From Escherichia coli (GTDB lineage: Bacteria; Pseudomonadota; Gammaproteobacteria; Enterobacterales; Enterobacteriaceae): a stretch of 64,000 bases of DNA. The notes under the pieces are model-generated. The model saw nothing but the letters and a program-made list of their open reading frames with translations, had not been told where the DNA came from and searched no databases. Shown here one piece after another: positions 50,888 through 63,158 of this stretch; position 1 is the stretch's first letter; each line of letters begins with the position of its first letter. Location of the stretch: NCBI RefSeq assembly GCF_048403405.1, contig NZ_CP183129.1; one strand, 5' to 3'. The position numbers and the translations under genes were made by a program.

Positions 50888-51700
50888 ATGATCATTACAC
50901 GAGCAGACCTGCGAGAATGGCGTATCGGAGCGGTGATGTATCGCTGGTTCCTGCGCCATTTCCCACGCGGCGGTAGTTATGCCGATATTCATCATGCACT
51001 GATTGAGGAAGGATATACGGACTGGGCGGAGAGTCTGGTTGAGTATGCGTGGAAAAAATGGCTGGCGGATGAAAACTTCGCGCATCAGGAAGTTTCTTCT
51101 ATGCAAAAACTGGCCACAGATCCCGGAGAGAGAGCATTTTGCAGTCAGTTTGCCCGTAGCGACGATCATGCTCGCATCGGCTGTTGTGAGGATAATGCCA
51201 GAATCGCAACCGCTGGGTATGCCGCGCAAATTGCCAGTATGGGTTATAGCGTGCGGATTGGAAGTGTCGGCTTTAACAGTCACATTGGCAGCTCCGGTGA
51301 ACGCGCACGGGTTGCTGTAACCGGTAATTCTTCGCGGATAAGCAGCGCTGGAGATAGTAGTCGGATTGCGAATACCGGAATGCGAGTACGCGTTTGTACA
51401 TTGGGTGAACGGTGTCATGTCGCCAGTAATGGTGACCTGGTGCAAATCGCCAGCTTTGGCGCAAACGCCAGAATTGCCAACAGCGGCGACAATGTACACA
51501 TCATTGCCAGCGGTGAAAATTCAACGGTAGTGAGCACGGGCGTGGTCGACTCAATTATTCTCGGGCCAGGAGGAAGCGCCGCACTGGCATATCATGACGG
51601 CGAAAGAGTTCGCTTCGCCGTCGCCATTGAAGGTGAAAACAATATTCGAGCCGGAGTCCGCTATCGTCTTAATGAACAGCATCAGTTTGTTGAGTGCTGA
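50888..51700 (+). CDS. ydhT: Uncharacterized protein YdhT (internally repetitive)
   Basis: 270 aa; the central region carries tandem ~10-11-residue repeats of the type RI(A/G)S.G.N. Confidence 0.8.
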   Translation: MIITRADLREWRIGAVMYRWFLRHFPRGGSYADIHHALIEEGYTDWAESLVEYAWKKWLADENFAHQEVSSMQKLATDPGERAFCSQFARSDDHARIGCCEDNARIATAGYAAQIASMGYSVRIGSVGFNSHIGSSGERARVAVTGNSSRISSAGDSSRIANTGMRVRVCTLGERCHVASNGDLVQIASFGANARIANSGDNVHIIASGENSTVVSTGVVDSIILGPGGSAALAYHDGERVRFAVAIEGENNIRAGVRYRLNEQHQFVEC

Positions 51701-51711
51701 TAGCTTTACCT

Positions 51712-53316
51712 TTAATCAAACGAAAGACGCCTACGTGCACGGGAGGCAGGTTTTACGACAGCCCGAGCCATCGCCTCACCAATTTCTGCACATGCCGTAA
51801 GTCCCTGAACGAAAGGCTGGTCGTGCATTAACCAGGGCAACGCGCCGAACGCTACGCGCCCACGAATATCTTCGGGTTGCTGTAACGTATAATCTTCGCC
51901 AACATCAGGGATTTCATCCCCTGTTTTCTGTAATTGTTCGCGTAGTCCAGGGAAAGGAATATCTTTCACTTTAAGCGGACGCTGCCCACGGGCATCAATA
52001 AAAACGTCAAACGAGTAGCTGTTGTCTTCCGTTTTCAGGACGGTGCGCGACTCATTAATTTCCATTTCGTAGTCTTCACCGAGGGCGAGTATATGAATGA
52101 TTCCCGCTTCACGTAAGGCCAGCAGCCGACGAATAGACTCTGAAGGGATTGCCGCATAATTATCTATGAAAACTCGGGCAAGGCCTTTACTGAACCGTTT
52201 ATGGTCGTGTTCATTCAGATGTGGAACAATTTCCTGTACTGCTTCATGCAGGCGCAGAATGACATAACGCCAGGGAACAGTATGTTTTTCTCGTTTATTG
52301 CGTTCGACTTCCTGGAGATTTTTTTCTGCCCAGTCGAATGGGTCGCGTTGTTTGCGCTCGGCAAACCAGGCTTGAGCAAAGGAATCGACATTCAGGCTCT
52401 CTAAGGCTATGCGTTGGCTCCAGCCTGGATCAGCAAACTTGATTTCCTCTACTATCAATCTAAATACCCGATCCAAAAGACCATATTCGCCTTTTTGAAT
52501 CTCAGCATTTAATGCCTGATCAGTGACGATGTGTAAGGGCTCGTAGGGAATAGGGCAATAGAAATCGGCTTCGGGTAAAATACCTGTGCGCGACATTAAC
52601 GTAATATTTAGCTTTTCACTTGCGTTATCGCGGTGAAAAATGACGTGTTGTTTATCATCTTCAATGAACGAACCATGCTGAATAGCCACTGCCATTGCCG
52701 CATCCAGTCCGCTCAAGGATGTTCCCATAATACCCACGTTACACGCATCGACCTTTGCTTCCATCAGGCCTGACCACGGGCTGGGAAAGTACGTTCTGGT
52801 TACTTTTTCTTCATCAGGCCAGACGTGACCCGTGGCGATCACTGCTAAATCAAACGTCTCGCTGGGTAAATCCTGATTTGTAGCGAGCATGACGCCAGCA
52901 TTTGTAATTTGCAGATCGGTAACCTGGCATGATTCATAAACAGCCACCGCAAATTTTTGCTGTCGTGCCTGGTCTACTAATCGTAAAAATTGATCGCGGA
53001 AATATTCGCCCAGCAGAATTCGCGGTAAAAACTGACGATCGTGCAAGGTTTCTTTTTTGACGCCATAACGCTGGAGATGGCTGGCTTCTTGCTTTTGTAG
53101 CCATTCGAGATACGTACAATAAATCGGCGGTATTTCAATACTGGCAATATTTGCCAGCATCAGTTTTGAGTTTTCCTCATCACTGTATGGCATCCCGACA
53201 CCGGCTTCATCAGCCTGCTCGAAGATAGAAATAGAAAGTGGAGTTTGTTGCTGTAGAAGCGAGAATAAGGTGTAGATCCCCGTAGGCCCGGCACCCACAA
53301 TAGCAATTTTTTTCAT
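51712..53316 (-). CDS. ydhS: FAD/NAD(P)-binding protein YdhS
   Basis: 534 aa with N-terminal Rossmann motif MKKIAIVGAGPTGIYT. Confidence 0.85.
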   Translation of the reverse strand: MKKIAIVGAGPTGIYTLFSLLQQQTPLSISIFEQADEAGVGMPYSDEENSKLMLANIASIEIPPIYCTYLEWLQKQEASHLQRYGVKKETLHDRQFLPRILLGEYFRDQFLRLVDQARQQKFAVAVYESCQVTDLQITNAGVMLATNQDLPSETFDLAVIATGHVWPDEEKVTRTYFPSPWSGLMEAKVDACNVGIMGTSLSGLDAAMAVAIQHGSFIEDDKQHVIFHRDNASEKLNITLMSRTGILPEADFYCPIPYEPLHIVTDQALNAEIQKGEYGLLDRVFRLIVEEIKFADPGWSQRIALESLNVDSFAQAWFAERKQRDPFDWAEKNLQEVERNKREKHTVPWRYVILRLHEAVQEIVPHLNEHDHKRFSKGLARVFIDNYAAIPSESIRRLLALREAGIIHILALGEDYEMEINESRTVLKTEDNSYSFDVFIDARGQRPLKVKDIPFPGLREQLQKTGDEIPDVGEDYTLQQPEDIRGRVAFGALPWLMHDQPFVQGLTACAEIGEAMARAVVKPASRARRRLSFD

Positions 53317-53441
53317 TGTTACTTACCTGTACGCATTCTTTCGAATTTAGTGTTATCAGATAAGTTTGGTTGAGATTTTTAGAATTTGAGAAATTTCAGA
53401 CAGGGATGAAAAGGGCGCTAACCGCCCTTGATTAAATTCTG

Positions 53442-53747
53442 TCAGGCGAGTTTTGCCTGATTGATTTGACTAAGTGGCTCATTGACATCGAAAACTTTGG
53501 CGACAACTTCCTCAACGCCGAGATTTTTCAGTCGGGCAGTATGTTTTTCCAGATAGGCAAGGGCGCTTTTTTCATCAGTAAAAAGGTAGATCCCACCGGC
53601 TTCGTGGTTCTTTTCACTTTCTGTCCATACCTTCCACAGAAAACCAGGTTCCTGATTAATCGACTCAGCAAGCGGTTTAAGCTGCTCAGCCATTGCGTCG
53701 CCAAATGGGCCATTGAAAGAAAAATGAAGTTGTAACAAAGTTGCCAT
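53442..53747 (-). CDS. ydhR: Putative monooxygenase YdhR (Dabb-like)
   Basis: 101 aa, [56 protein letters not shown]. Confidence 0.85.
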   Translation of the reverse strand: MATLLQLHFSFNGPFGDAMAEQLKPLAESINQEPGFLWKVWTESEKNHEAGGIYLFTDEKSALAYLEKHTARLKNLGVEEVVAKVFDVNEPLSQINQAKLA

Positions 53748-53855
53748 AGCGATTCTCCTTCTGATAACGCATACGAAGACAGTGTAAATCTTTTAACGTA
53801 TTGGATACAGAGAAGAAACAGAGGGAAAAAAGGAGAAGACCAGATTAAGAAAATC

Positions 53856-53932
53856 TGGTGCGTCCGAGTGGACTCGAACCACCGACCCCCACCATGTCAA
53901 GGTGGTGCTCTAACCAACTGAGCTACGGACGC
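53856..53932 (-). tRNA. valW: tRNA-Val (anticodon GAC)
   Basis: The minus strand reads GCGTCCGTAGCTCAGTTGGTTAGAGCACCACCTTGACATGGTGGGGGTCGGTGGTTCGAGTCCACTCGGACGCACCA: a cloverleaf with a GAC anticodon and encoded CCA. Which copy is valV and which is valW is inferred from K-12 order. Confidence 0.9.
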
Positions 53933-53936
53933 AGGA

Positions 53937-54013
53937 TGGTGCGTTCAATTGGACTCGAACCAACGACCCCCACCATGTCAAGGTGGTGCTCTAACCAACT
54001 GAGCTATGAACGC
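53937..54013 (-). tRNA. valV: tRNA-Val (anticodon GAC)
   Basis: The minus strand reads GCGTTCATAGCTCAGTTGGTTAGAGCACCACCTTGACATGGTGGGGGTCGTTGGTTCGAGTCCAATTGAACGCACCA: same anticodon arm as the neighbour, different acceptor and T stems, 4 nt spacer. Confidence 0.9.
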
Positions 54014-54321
54014 AACGTTGTAGGTGACAACGGGGACGAATATTAGCGGCAGAGTGGGAAGGTGGCAAGAGGCAAAACGTAATTTTCTGCGCTATTTCGA
54101 CCGTTTGCAGAGCTTTTAAGCAAATTGGCTATATTTTGTTGATTTGCAAGGGCGATTTTTATTCAGGATCGCATTTACATCTGACACAACCCAATAATCT
54201 GTGTATCAGAGTTTAAACAGAGTTGTTTGCCACCATCTCAAAATCTGTCGTGGATAAATCCTCCGTAGCCTTTACACTTAGGTAGCAATAAAGGCACACA
54301 GATGCAGCAAAGGAATAAATC

Positions 54322-55578
54322 ATGGGATCTGATGCGAAAAACTTGATGAGCGACGGGAACGTGCAAATTGTTAAGACCGGCGAGGTCATTGGCGTGACGC
54401 AACTTACTGCAGGTGAGTTAATTGTTGAAGCTGGCGGAAGAGCCGAAAATACCGTGGTCACGGGGGCTGGCTGGTTGAAAGTGGCAACCGGTGGGATCGC
54501 CAAATGCACACAGTACGGCAACAATGGCACGCTATCGGTCAGCGACGGTGCCATTGCCACAGATATTGTTCAGTCCGAGGGAGGCGCAATTAGTCTCTCT
54601 ACGCTCGCTACGGTTAATGGCCGCCATCCCGAAGGTGAATTCAGCGTTGATAAAGGTTATGCCTGCGGTTTGTTGCTGGAAAATGGCGGTAACCTGCGTG
54701 TACTGGAAGGCCATCGCGCGGAAAAAATTATTCTCGATCAAGAGGGTGGCCTGTTGGTCAATGGGACAACCTCAGCGGTCGTGGTAGATGAAGGTGGTGA
54801 ATTGTTGGTGTATCCAGGTGGGGAAGCCAGCAATTGTGAGATTAATCAGGGCGGCGTTTTTATGCTGGCGGGGAAAGCCAGTGATACGTTGCTTGCTGGT
54901 GGCACCATGAATAATCTCGGTGGTGAAGACTCTGACACTATTGTTGAGAATGGAGGCATCTATCGTCTGGGTACGGATGGTCTTCAGCTCTACAGTTCCG
55001 GTAAGACGCAAAACCTGTCCGTTAATGTGGGGGGGCGGGCTGAAGTGCATGCCGGTACGCTGGAAAATGCGGTAATACAAGGTGGGACAGTCATCCTGTT
55101 GTCACCCACCAGCGCGGACGAAAATTTTGTCGTAGAGGAAGATCGCGCACCGGTTGAACTGACCGGTAGTGTTGCATTACTGGACGGCGCTTCAATGATT
55201 ATTGGCTATGGCGCAGATCTGCAACAATCAACGATTACTGTACAGCAGGGCGGTGTATTGATTCTCGACGGCAGTACGGTAAAAGGTGACAGTGTCACTT
55301 TCAGTGTTGGTAACATCAATCTCAATGGCGGAAAACTGTGGCTAATCACTGGTGCGGCAACGCATGTGCAACTGAAAGTGAAACGCCTGCGCGGAGAGGG
55401 AGCGATTTGCCTGCAAACCAGTGCGAAAGAAATTTCACCTGACTTCATCAATGTGAAAGGGGAAGTTACTGGTGATATACACGTTGAGATAACAGATGCC
55501 AGTCGGCAAACTCTGTGTAACGCACTGAAACTACAGCCAGACGAAGACGGGATTGGCGCAACGCTCCAGCCTGCGTAA
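54322..55578 (+). CDS. ydhQ: Autotransporter-passenger-like repeat protein YdhQ (no signal peptide, no beta-barrel)
   Basis: 418 aa, Gly/Thr/Asn-rich with ~19-residue beta-helix-type repeats (e.g. GGxxxNTVVxxGG, EINQGGVFML, VIQGGTVILL). Confidence 0.85.
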   Translation: MGSDAKNLMSDGNVQIVKTGEVIGVTQLTAGELIVEAGGRAENTVVTGAGWLKVATGGIAKCTQYGNNGTLSVSDGAIATDIVQSEGGAISLSTLATVNGRHPEGEFSVDKGYACGLLLENGGNLRVLEGHRAEKIILDQEGGLLVNGTTSAVVVDEGGELLVYPGGEASNCEINQGGVFMLAGKASDTLLAGGTMNNLGGEDSDTIVENGGIYRLGTDGLQLYSSGKTQNLSVNVGGRAEVHAGTLENAVIQGGTVILLSPTSADENFVVEEDRAPVELTGSVALLDGASMIIGYGADLQQSTITVQQGGVLILDGSTVKGDSVTFSVGNINLNGGKLWLITGAATHVQLKVKRLRGEGAICLQTSAKEISPDFINVKGEVTGDIHVEITDASRQTLCNALKLQPDEDGIGATLQPA

Positions 55579-55586
55579 AAACACAG

Positions 55587-55618
55587 GCGCAACCCGTGAA
55601 GGTTGCGCCTTGTCTTTA
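55587..55618 (+). terminator. Terminator after ydhQ, between convergent ydhQ and mdtK
   Basis: GGCGCAACC-CGTGAA-GGTTGCGCC followed by TTGTCTTT. Confidence 0.7.
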
Positions 55619-57013
<1,395 letters not shown>

Positions 57014-57206
57014 TTATATGAGAGACTAAAAAGCCGCCTGAATGGGCAGCAAAAAGAAGAAGCAGGGGAAATTCAGTCTATTGTAGCGAGGATTTATTAA
57101 TTCTCCAGTGAAAAAATAGTCATTCTTACCCCTTCACTGGTAAGGGCGTTTGCCACCTGCTATTGTGCTGAACAGAATGTCTTAACTGATTTCAGGAGTT
57201 GTAAGT

Positions 57207-57848
57207 ATGTTTACGGGGATTGTACAGGGCACCGCAAAACTGGTGTCGATTGACGAGAAACCAAATTTTCGTACGCATGTGGTGGAGTTACCCGACCACA
57301 TGCTGGACGGCCTGGAAACAGGTGCTTCCGTGGCGCATAACGGTTGCTGCCTGACCGTGACGGAAATTAACGGCAACCATGTCAGTTTTGACCTGATGAA
57401 AGAAACGTTACGCATTACCAATCTTGGCGATTTAAAAGTGGGGGATTGGGTAAACGTTGAGCGTGCGGCGAAATTCAGTGATGAAATTGGCGGACACTTA
57501 ATGTCAGGTCATATTATGACCACCGCTGAAGTGGCGAAAATATTAACCTCGGAAAATAATCGCCAGATCTGGTTTAAAGTCCAGGATAGTCAGTTGATGA
57601 AATATATCCTGTACAAAGGATTTATTGGCATCGACGGTATTAGCCTGACCGTCGGCGAAGTCACGCCAACGCGTTTTTGCGTCCATTTAATTCCGGAAAC
57701 TCTGGAACGCACGACTCTTGGGAAGAAAAAACTCGGCGCACGCGTCAACATTGAAATTGATCCACAAACTCAGGCAGTGGTAGATACGGTAGAACGTGTG
57801 CTGGCGGCACGAGAAAATGCCATGAATCAACCAGGTACAGAAGCCTGA
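57207..57848 (+). CDS. ribC: Riboflavin synthase (alpha chain)
   Basis: 213 aa, [57 protein letters not shown]. Confidence 0.95.
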   Translation: MFTGIVQGTAKLVSIDEKPNFRTHVVELPDHMLDGLETGASVAHNGCCLTVTEINGNHVSFDLMKETLRITNLGDLKVGDWVNVERAAKFSDEIGGHLMSGHIMTTAEVAKILTSENNRQIWFKVQDSQLMKYILYKGFIGIDGISLTVGEVTPTRFCVHLIPETLERTTLGKKKLGARVNIEIDPQTQAVVDTVERVLAARENAMNQPGTEA

Positions 57849-57854
57849 TCTGAA

Positions 57855-57880
57855 ATCGCCCCCGGAGAGGGGGCGATAGA
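57855..57880. terminator. Bidirectional terminator between convergent ribC and cfa
   Basis: ATCGCCCCC-GGAGA-GGGGGCGAT, a perfect hairpin within the 39-bp gap between the two stop codons. Confidence 0.75.
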
Positions 57881-57887
57881 ATAGCCT

Positions 57888-59036
57888 TTAGCGAGCGACT
57901 CGAAGGCCGTTTTCAACACCGCGTGAGAACACGACCTGCCAGAGCTGAATATCACGGGCGCGGAAAGCACCTGCACAGGCATTCAGATAATAGGTAAACA
58001 TTCGTTTAAAGCGTTCACTGTAGTTATCCGCAATTTCTGGCCATGCGGCGAGGAATCGTTCATACCACGCCATCAACGTAGTATCGTAATCAGCACCGAA
58101 GTTATGCCAGTCTTCCATCACGAAGTGGGGTTCGCTGGATTGAGCAATCTGGCGTACAGAGGGCAGGCAACCGTTCGGAAAAATATATTTATTAATCCAG
58201 GGATCAACATTCAGATCGGTTTTTTTCGAACCGATAGTATGGAGCAGGAATATACCTTCCGGTTTCAAATTACGATCCACCACCGCAAAATAGGTATCGT
58301 AATTTTTCGGTCCGACGTGCTCGAACATCCCCACAGAAACAATACGATCAAACTGGTCGTTCAGGTCACGATAATCTTGCAGCAAAATGGTGACATCCAG
58401 GCCTTCACAGCGTTCCTGAGCCATTTTTTGCTGTTCGGCAGAAATGGTGACGCCGACCACGCTTACGTCATAGTTAGATGCCATGTAGTGCGCCAGTCCG
58501 CCCCAGCCGCAGCCAATATCCAGTACGCGCATCCCTGGTTTTAACTGCAATTTTTCACAAATCATTTTGAGCTTCGCCTGCTGGGCAGATTCCAGATTAT
58601 CGGCATCTTTCCAGTAAGCGCAGGAATATTGCATGAAGGGATCAAGCATGCGGCTGAACAAGTCATTACCCAAATCGTAATGCTCCTTGCCGACTATCCA
58701 GGCACGTTTTTTACTCTGCAGATTGAAGAGACGAGCGCTGGCAATACGCAGCGTGTCTTTGAAATGATGGGGGAGTTGGTTCTCGAGACCTGCGCGTAAG
58801 ACTTTGCTAAAAAACATATCCAGTCGGTCACATTCCCACCAGCCATCCATATAACTTTCGCCTAACCCCAAAGAGCCTTCTTGCAGAACGCGTTTAAAAA
58901 AATCGGGGTTTTTCACACGAATATCCGCCGGGGCAGAACCGTTAATGGCTATACCGGCACGGCTAAGTAATTCGTTGGCGATACGGTACCAGTTGTCATC
59001 CGGTACACTGACTTCTTCTATACACGATGAACTCAT
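57888..59036 (-). CDS. cfa: Cyclopropane-fatty-acyl-phospholipid synthase
   Basis: 382 aa; SAM-methyltransferase motif VLDIGCGWGGLA. Confidence 0.95.
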   Translation of the reverse strand: MSSSCIEEVSVPDDNWYRIANELLSRAGIAINGSAPADIRVKNPDFFKRVLQEGSLGLGESYMDGWWECDRLDMFFSKVLRAGLENQLPHHFKDTLRIASARLFNLQSKKRAWIVGKEHYDLGNDLFSRMLDPFMQYSCAYWKDADNLESAQQAKLKMICEKLQLKPGMRVLDIGCGWGGLAHYMASNYDVSVVGVTISAEQQKMAQERCEGLDVTILLQDYRDLNDQFDRIVSVGMFEHVGPKNYDTYFAVVDRNLKPEGIFLLHTIGSKKTDLNVDPWINKYIFPNGCLPSVRQIAQSSEPHFVMEDWHNFGADYDTTLMAWYERFLAAWPEIADNYSERFKRMFTYYLNACAGAFRARDIQLWQVVFSRGVENGLRVAR

Positions 59037-59326
59037 AGTTTCTCCATCACTGGTCGGTGATCAGAACCTTAAAACAGCGTAGACGCTTTTTGGGCTTTGT
59101 GAGAAATCTCGCAGAAAAAACCGCGAGTCTATAATCCGACGTAGAACAGAGGGAAAGGAGGAACCTTTGCCGAAATGACCATCCATAGTGAGTCGGGAAC
59201 GATCCTGTCCCCGTAAAAACATAATATTTATCGTAGCTTTAACAACTCGAAATTAGTATAGGCCGCTAATTTCAATCATACAACAAAATTTTGTTAGCAG
59301 CCTAAGTATAAGTATATCGATATAGA

Positions 59327-60538
59327 TCAGTGTGATTCGCTATGAGCGACTTCGGCATTGCCATGATTCTGGCAGCCAACTTCTTCACAACGTTGCATCA
59401 TGTAACCCAGCGCGACCAGCACTACTGTTGATAACATCACGCTGGTGGTGGTGAGCAATGGCGTGCTGATACTGATCAGCCAGGAAACTACCAGACTTGC
59501 GAGGAAGCACAGACCCAGTTGCAGAGTGTTCTGCAACGCTGCGGCGCGACCGGTTGCATGTGGGAAGGGACGCAGCGCCTGGGCGACAACAATAGGGTAG
59601 ATCGCGCCATTGGCAATCGCCATCACACAGAATGGGATCAGGATTTCGACCAGCGACACATGGCTAATGAAGCCCGCAGCCCAGGTCGCAATGACGCTGA
59701 CAGCAAACAGCACCAGCAACCACGGTAATAACTGCTTGCCTTGCCATTTCTGCAGTGCGGCGCGACAGCCATAACCACCAATCAGAAACGCGATAGTTTG
59801 CGGGACATAACTTAAACCAATAACTGCCGGGCTGTAGCCCATTTCACTAAGGATGAACGGTGAACCGGTCAGCCATGCAAAAAAACTGGCTGAACAGGCT
59901 GCATATATCAGCACGTTGCCGCGATAGGTTTTAGAACGTAGCAGGTCGGTAAAGGTCAGACCATCCTGACTATTGTTACGGGCTTTCGTCGTGGGTTTGA
60001 GCCAGAAAATAGGCAGAATCAGCACCACGGTAATGGCAAACAGGGTGGCGAAAATCGCCTGCCAGGAAAAATGGACCAGCAGCCAGCTTCCTAACAGGGG
60101 AGCCAGTGCCGGAGACAGACCCACCAGCGGCATGATGGTCGCAAAAATACGGTTGACTTTCTGTGAAGGATAATAATCTGTCACTAATGCTTGCCAGATA
60201 ACCGCCGCGGCGCAGACCCCCACAGCCTGTACAAAACGCAATACCAGCAGCGTAGCGGCGTTTTCTACCCACAGCATCCCCAGACTACCTAACGCAAAAA
60301 TTGTCAGGCCGATTAATAACACCGGTTTACGACCATAACGGTCGGAGAGTGGCCCCCACAGAAGCTGGGCTGCGGCAAAACCGGCAAGGAACAGACTAAG
60401 GCTGGCACTGACAGCAGACGCAGGCGTTTGCAGGTCGGCCTGTATGGCGGCGAAAGCAGGCAGATACATATCGGTTGCCAGAAAACCGAGTACGCTCAAA
60501 CCCGCCAGCCAGACTAAAAATCTTTTCCCAGGTTGCAT
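59327..60538 (-). CDS. ydhC: MFS transporter YdhC (reported purine nucleoside transporter PunC)
   Basis: 403 aa, 12-TM-like, [36 protein letters not shown]; divergent from ydhB. Confidence 0.88.
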   Translation of the reverse strand: MQPGKRFLVWLAGLSVLGFLATDMYLPAFAAIQADLQTPASAVSASLSLFLAGFAAAQLLWGPLSDRYGRKPVLLIGLTIFALGSLGMLWVENAATLLVLRFVQAVGVCAAAVIWQALVTDYYPSQKVNRIFATIMPLVGLSPALAPLLGSWLLVHFSWQAIFATLFAITVVLILPIFWLKPTTKARNNSQDGLTFTDLLRSKTYRGNVLIYAACSASFFAWLTGSPFILSEMGYSPAVIGLSYVPQTIAFLIGGYGCRAALQKWQGKQLLPWLLVLFAVSVIATWAAGFISHVSLVEILIPFCVMAIANGAIYPIVVAQALRPFPHATGRAAALQNTLQLGLCFLASLVVSWLISISTPLLTTTSVMLSTVVLVALGYMMQRCEEVGCQNHGNAEVAHSESH

Positions 60539-60650
60539 GTATATTCTCTAAATCTCTCAATTAAACACCGCCGCAAAGTGTAGGGAGTGAAATTAGTGTT
60601 GTGAAACGGTAATATTTGATGACTGGTTTCAAAAATTTTGCAGGCAGACT

Positions 60651-61583
60651 ATGTGGTCAGAATATTCACTCGAAGTTGTTGATGCGGTAGCGCGTAATGG
60701 TAGTTTTAGCGCTGCGGCACAGGAGCTGCATCGCGTTCCTTCTGCGGTCAGCTATACCGTGCGTCAGCTGGAAGAGTGGCTGGCGGTACCGCTCTTTGAA
60801 CGACGGCACCGTGATGTGGAGCTGACCGCTGCTGGAGCGTGGTTTCTCAAAGAAGGGCGCTCTGTTGTCAAAAAAATGCAGATCACCCGCCAGCAATGTC
60901 AGCAGATAGCGAACGGCTGGCGCGGTCAGTTAGCTATCGCAGTGGATAATATTGTCAGGCCAGAACGTACACGGCAGATGATCGTTGATTTTTATCGCCA
61001 TTTTGACGACGTCGAACTTCTGGTCTTTCAGGAAGTGTTTAACGGTGTCTGGGATGCGCTTTCCGATGGGCGCGTGGAACTGGCGATTGGCGCAACACGC
61101 GCGATTCCGGTAGGCGGTCGTTATGCCTTCCGGGATATGGGGATGCTAAGCTGGAGTTGCGTTGTTGCCAGCCACCACCCGCTGGCGTTGATGGATGGCC
61201 CGTTCAGCGATGATACGTTGCGCAACTGGCCGTCGTTGGTGCGCGAAGACACCTCGCGAACGCTACCTAAACGTATTACCTGGTTGCTGGATAACCAAAA
61301 AAGAGTTGTCGTGCCTGACTGGGAATCATCGGCAACCTGTATCTCGGCAGGATTATGCATAGGGATGGTGCCAACACATTTCGCCAAACCGTGGCTTAAT
61401 GAGGGGAAGTGGGTGGCATTAGAACTGGAAAACCCCTTTCCGGATTCGGCATGTTGTCTGACATGGCAGCAAAATGATATGTCGCCTGCGTTAACCTGGC
61501 TGCTTGAGTATCTCGGCGATAGTGAGACGCTGAATAAGGAGTGGCTGCGGGAGCCGGAAGAGACTCCCGCAACGGGTGATTAA
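60651..61583 (+). CDS. ydhB: LysR-family transcriptional regulator YdhB (PunR)
   Basis: 310 aa with N-terminal LysR-type HTH ([44 protein letters not shown]); its 3' end overlaps the purR stop by 4 nt (convergent). Confidence 0.88.
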
Positions 61584-62605
61584 CGACGATAGTCGCGGAA
61601 CGGGCCGTCAGCCACGGAGCGGCGTTCAATCAAGCGCGGATGCACTTCAATGGACTGCGGTTCTTCACGTTTGTTGACGATACGATCCAACAGCATGTTG
61701 AACGCTGTTTCACCCAGCGAATCTTTTGGCTGGTGGATCGTGGTCAGCGCCGGCGTAAAATAGCGGGCGTTGCGCACGTTATCATAACCGATCAGCGAAA
61801 CATCCTGCGGGACGCGCAGACCCATTTCATCAGCAGCACAAAGTGCGCCCATTGCCATGATATCGCCACCACAGAAGACGGCAGTAGGGCGATGCGGCTG
61901 CGACAGTATTTGCTGCATGGCGCGATAACCAGATTCGGGTTCAAAGTCACCCTGAACAATCCAGCTTTCCGGCACCTTGATCATCGCTTCTTCCATCGCC
62001 TTCATAAAACCGGCAAGGCGGCCTGCGCCGGTGTTACGTTCCAGCGGGCCGGGGATGACGCCGATTTCGCGGTGACCGCGTTCAATCAGATAACGCCCGG
62101 CCATGTAGCCGCCTTCGAACGCGTTATCAATGACCGCATCGGTGAAGTCAGCTTTTGCTTCACCCCAGTCCATCACCACCATTGGGATATGGCGATACTC
62201 TTCCAGCATCGCCAGCAACGGCTCTGGGTACTCAGAACACATCACCAGCAGACCATCGACGCGTTTTTGCGCCATCATCGACAGATAAGCCCGCTGTTTC
62301 TCAAGATTGTTCCACGCATTACCCAGAATCAGGGTGTAACCTTTCTGGAAGCAATTTTTTTCAACCGCTTCAATGATCTCGGCAAAATAGGCCGCTTCGC
62401 TGCTGGTCGCCAGCAAACCGATAGACTTGGTGTGGTTAACCTTCAGGCTACGCGCCACCGCGCTAGGGGAGTAGTGTAATTCTTTAATCGCTGCCCACAC
62501 GGCGTTGCGCGTTTCTTCAGCGACGAAACGTGTTTTGTTGATTACGTGTGACACAGTTGTAGTGGAAACGTTTGCTCGTTTCGCTACATCTTTTATTGTT
62601 GCCAT
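61580..62605 (-). CDS. purR: Purine repressor (LacI family)
   Basis: 341 aa, [57 protein letters not shown]. Confidence 0.96.
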
Positions 62606-62649
62606 TCCATTTCACTCCAGACCCTAACTTCAGCTCCTGCAAAATCGCA

Positions 62650-62665
62650 AGGTAAACGTTTGCCT
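62650..62665 (-). promoter_or_regulatory. PUR box (PurR autoregulatory operator) in the purR leader
   Basis: The minus strand reads AGGCAAACGTTTACCT, a 16-bp near-palindrome with the CAAACGTTT core, about 45 bp upstream of the purR ATG. Confidence 0.65.
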
Positions 62666-62904
62666 TTACACACCTTACGCACAACAAAAGTGTTGCGGTA
62701 CGCCGGAAAAACGACACGGAGCGTCAGGAAGGGGTCAATGGCCAGTACGCAAATAGTGTAAGCGTGGAATTTTGGCCGATCTTGACGAAAAGGGGAAGTG
62801 GTAAAAACACTTATCATTATAAATGACGGGAGATTTTTTCATCACAGTGTGTAAAAATGCGTAATATCACTTTTTGTGTGGTAATAAAAAAGGAGAAAAC
62901 TTGA

Positions 62905-62994
62905 TGAGCACCGACCTTAAATTTTCACTGGTAACAACGATTATCGTCCTCGGTTTGATCGTAGCCGTGGGTTTGACTGCCGCGCTGCACTGAT
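62905..62994 (+). CDS. ynhF: Small membrane protein YnhF (29 aa)
   Basis: ATG AGC ACC GAC ... CTG CAC TGA encodes MSTDLKFSLVTTIIVLGLIVAVGLTAALH, a single hydrophobic helix, with AAGGAGA 8 nt upstream. Confidence 0.8.
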
Positions 62995-63158
62995 TTCCTC
63001 TCGAGGGAGCGCGTTCTCCCTCGCATCTCCTTCCTGTTTGTTAGCAAAATGGCAAAAGTGTTTTCTCTTTTTGTTATTTTCATTTTTTTGTGATTGCTGT
63101 CATGCTTTCGCCACTTTAATGAATATCGCGTAATGACGCGAAGAGGTGGAGATAAGGC

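Noticed and set aside
50753-51499. 248-aa minus-strand ORF antisense to ydhT
   Set aside because: It is a consequence of the repetitive, stop-poor ydhT coding sequence; no start context and it overlaps the ydhU/ydhT junction.
53858-54046. 62-aa plus-strand ORF (MRPSGLEPPTPTMSRWCSNQLSYGRR...)
   Set aside because: It is simply the antisense reading of the two tRNA-Val genes; the internal repetition mirrors the tRNA duplication.
62521-62540. Possible second PUR box inside the purR coding region (CGAAACGTGTTTTGTT)
   Set aside because: Only a partial match to the CAAACGTTTG core; I cannot support it from sequence alone, although a second purR operator is reported in the literature.
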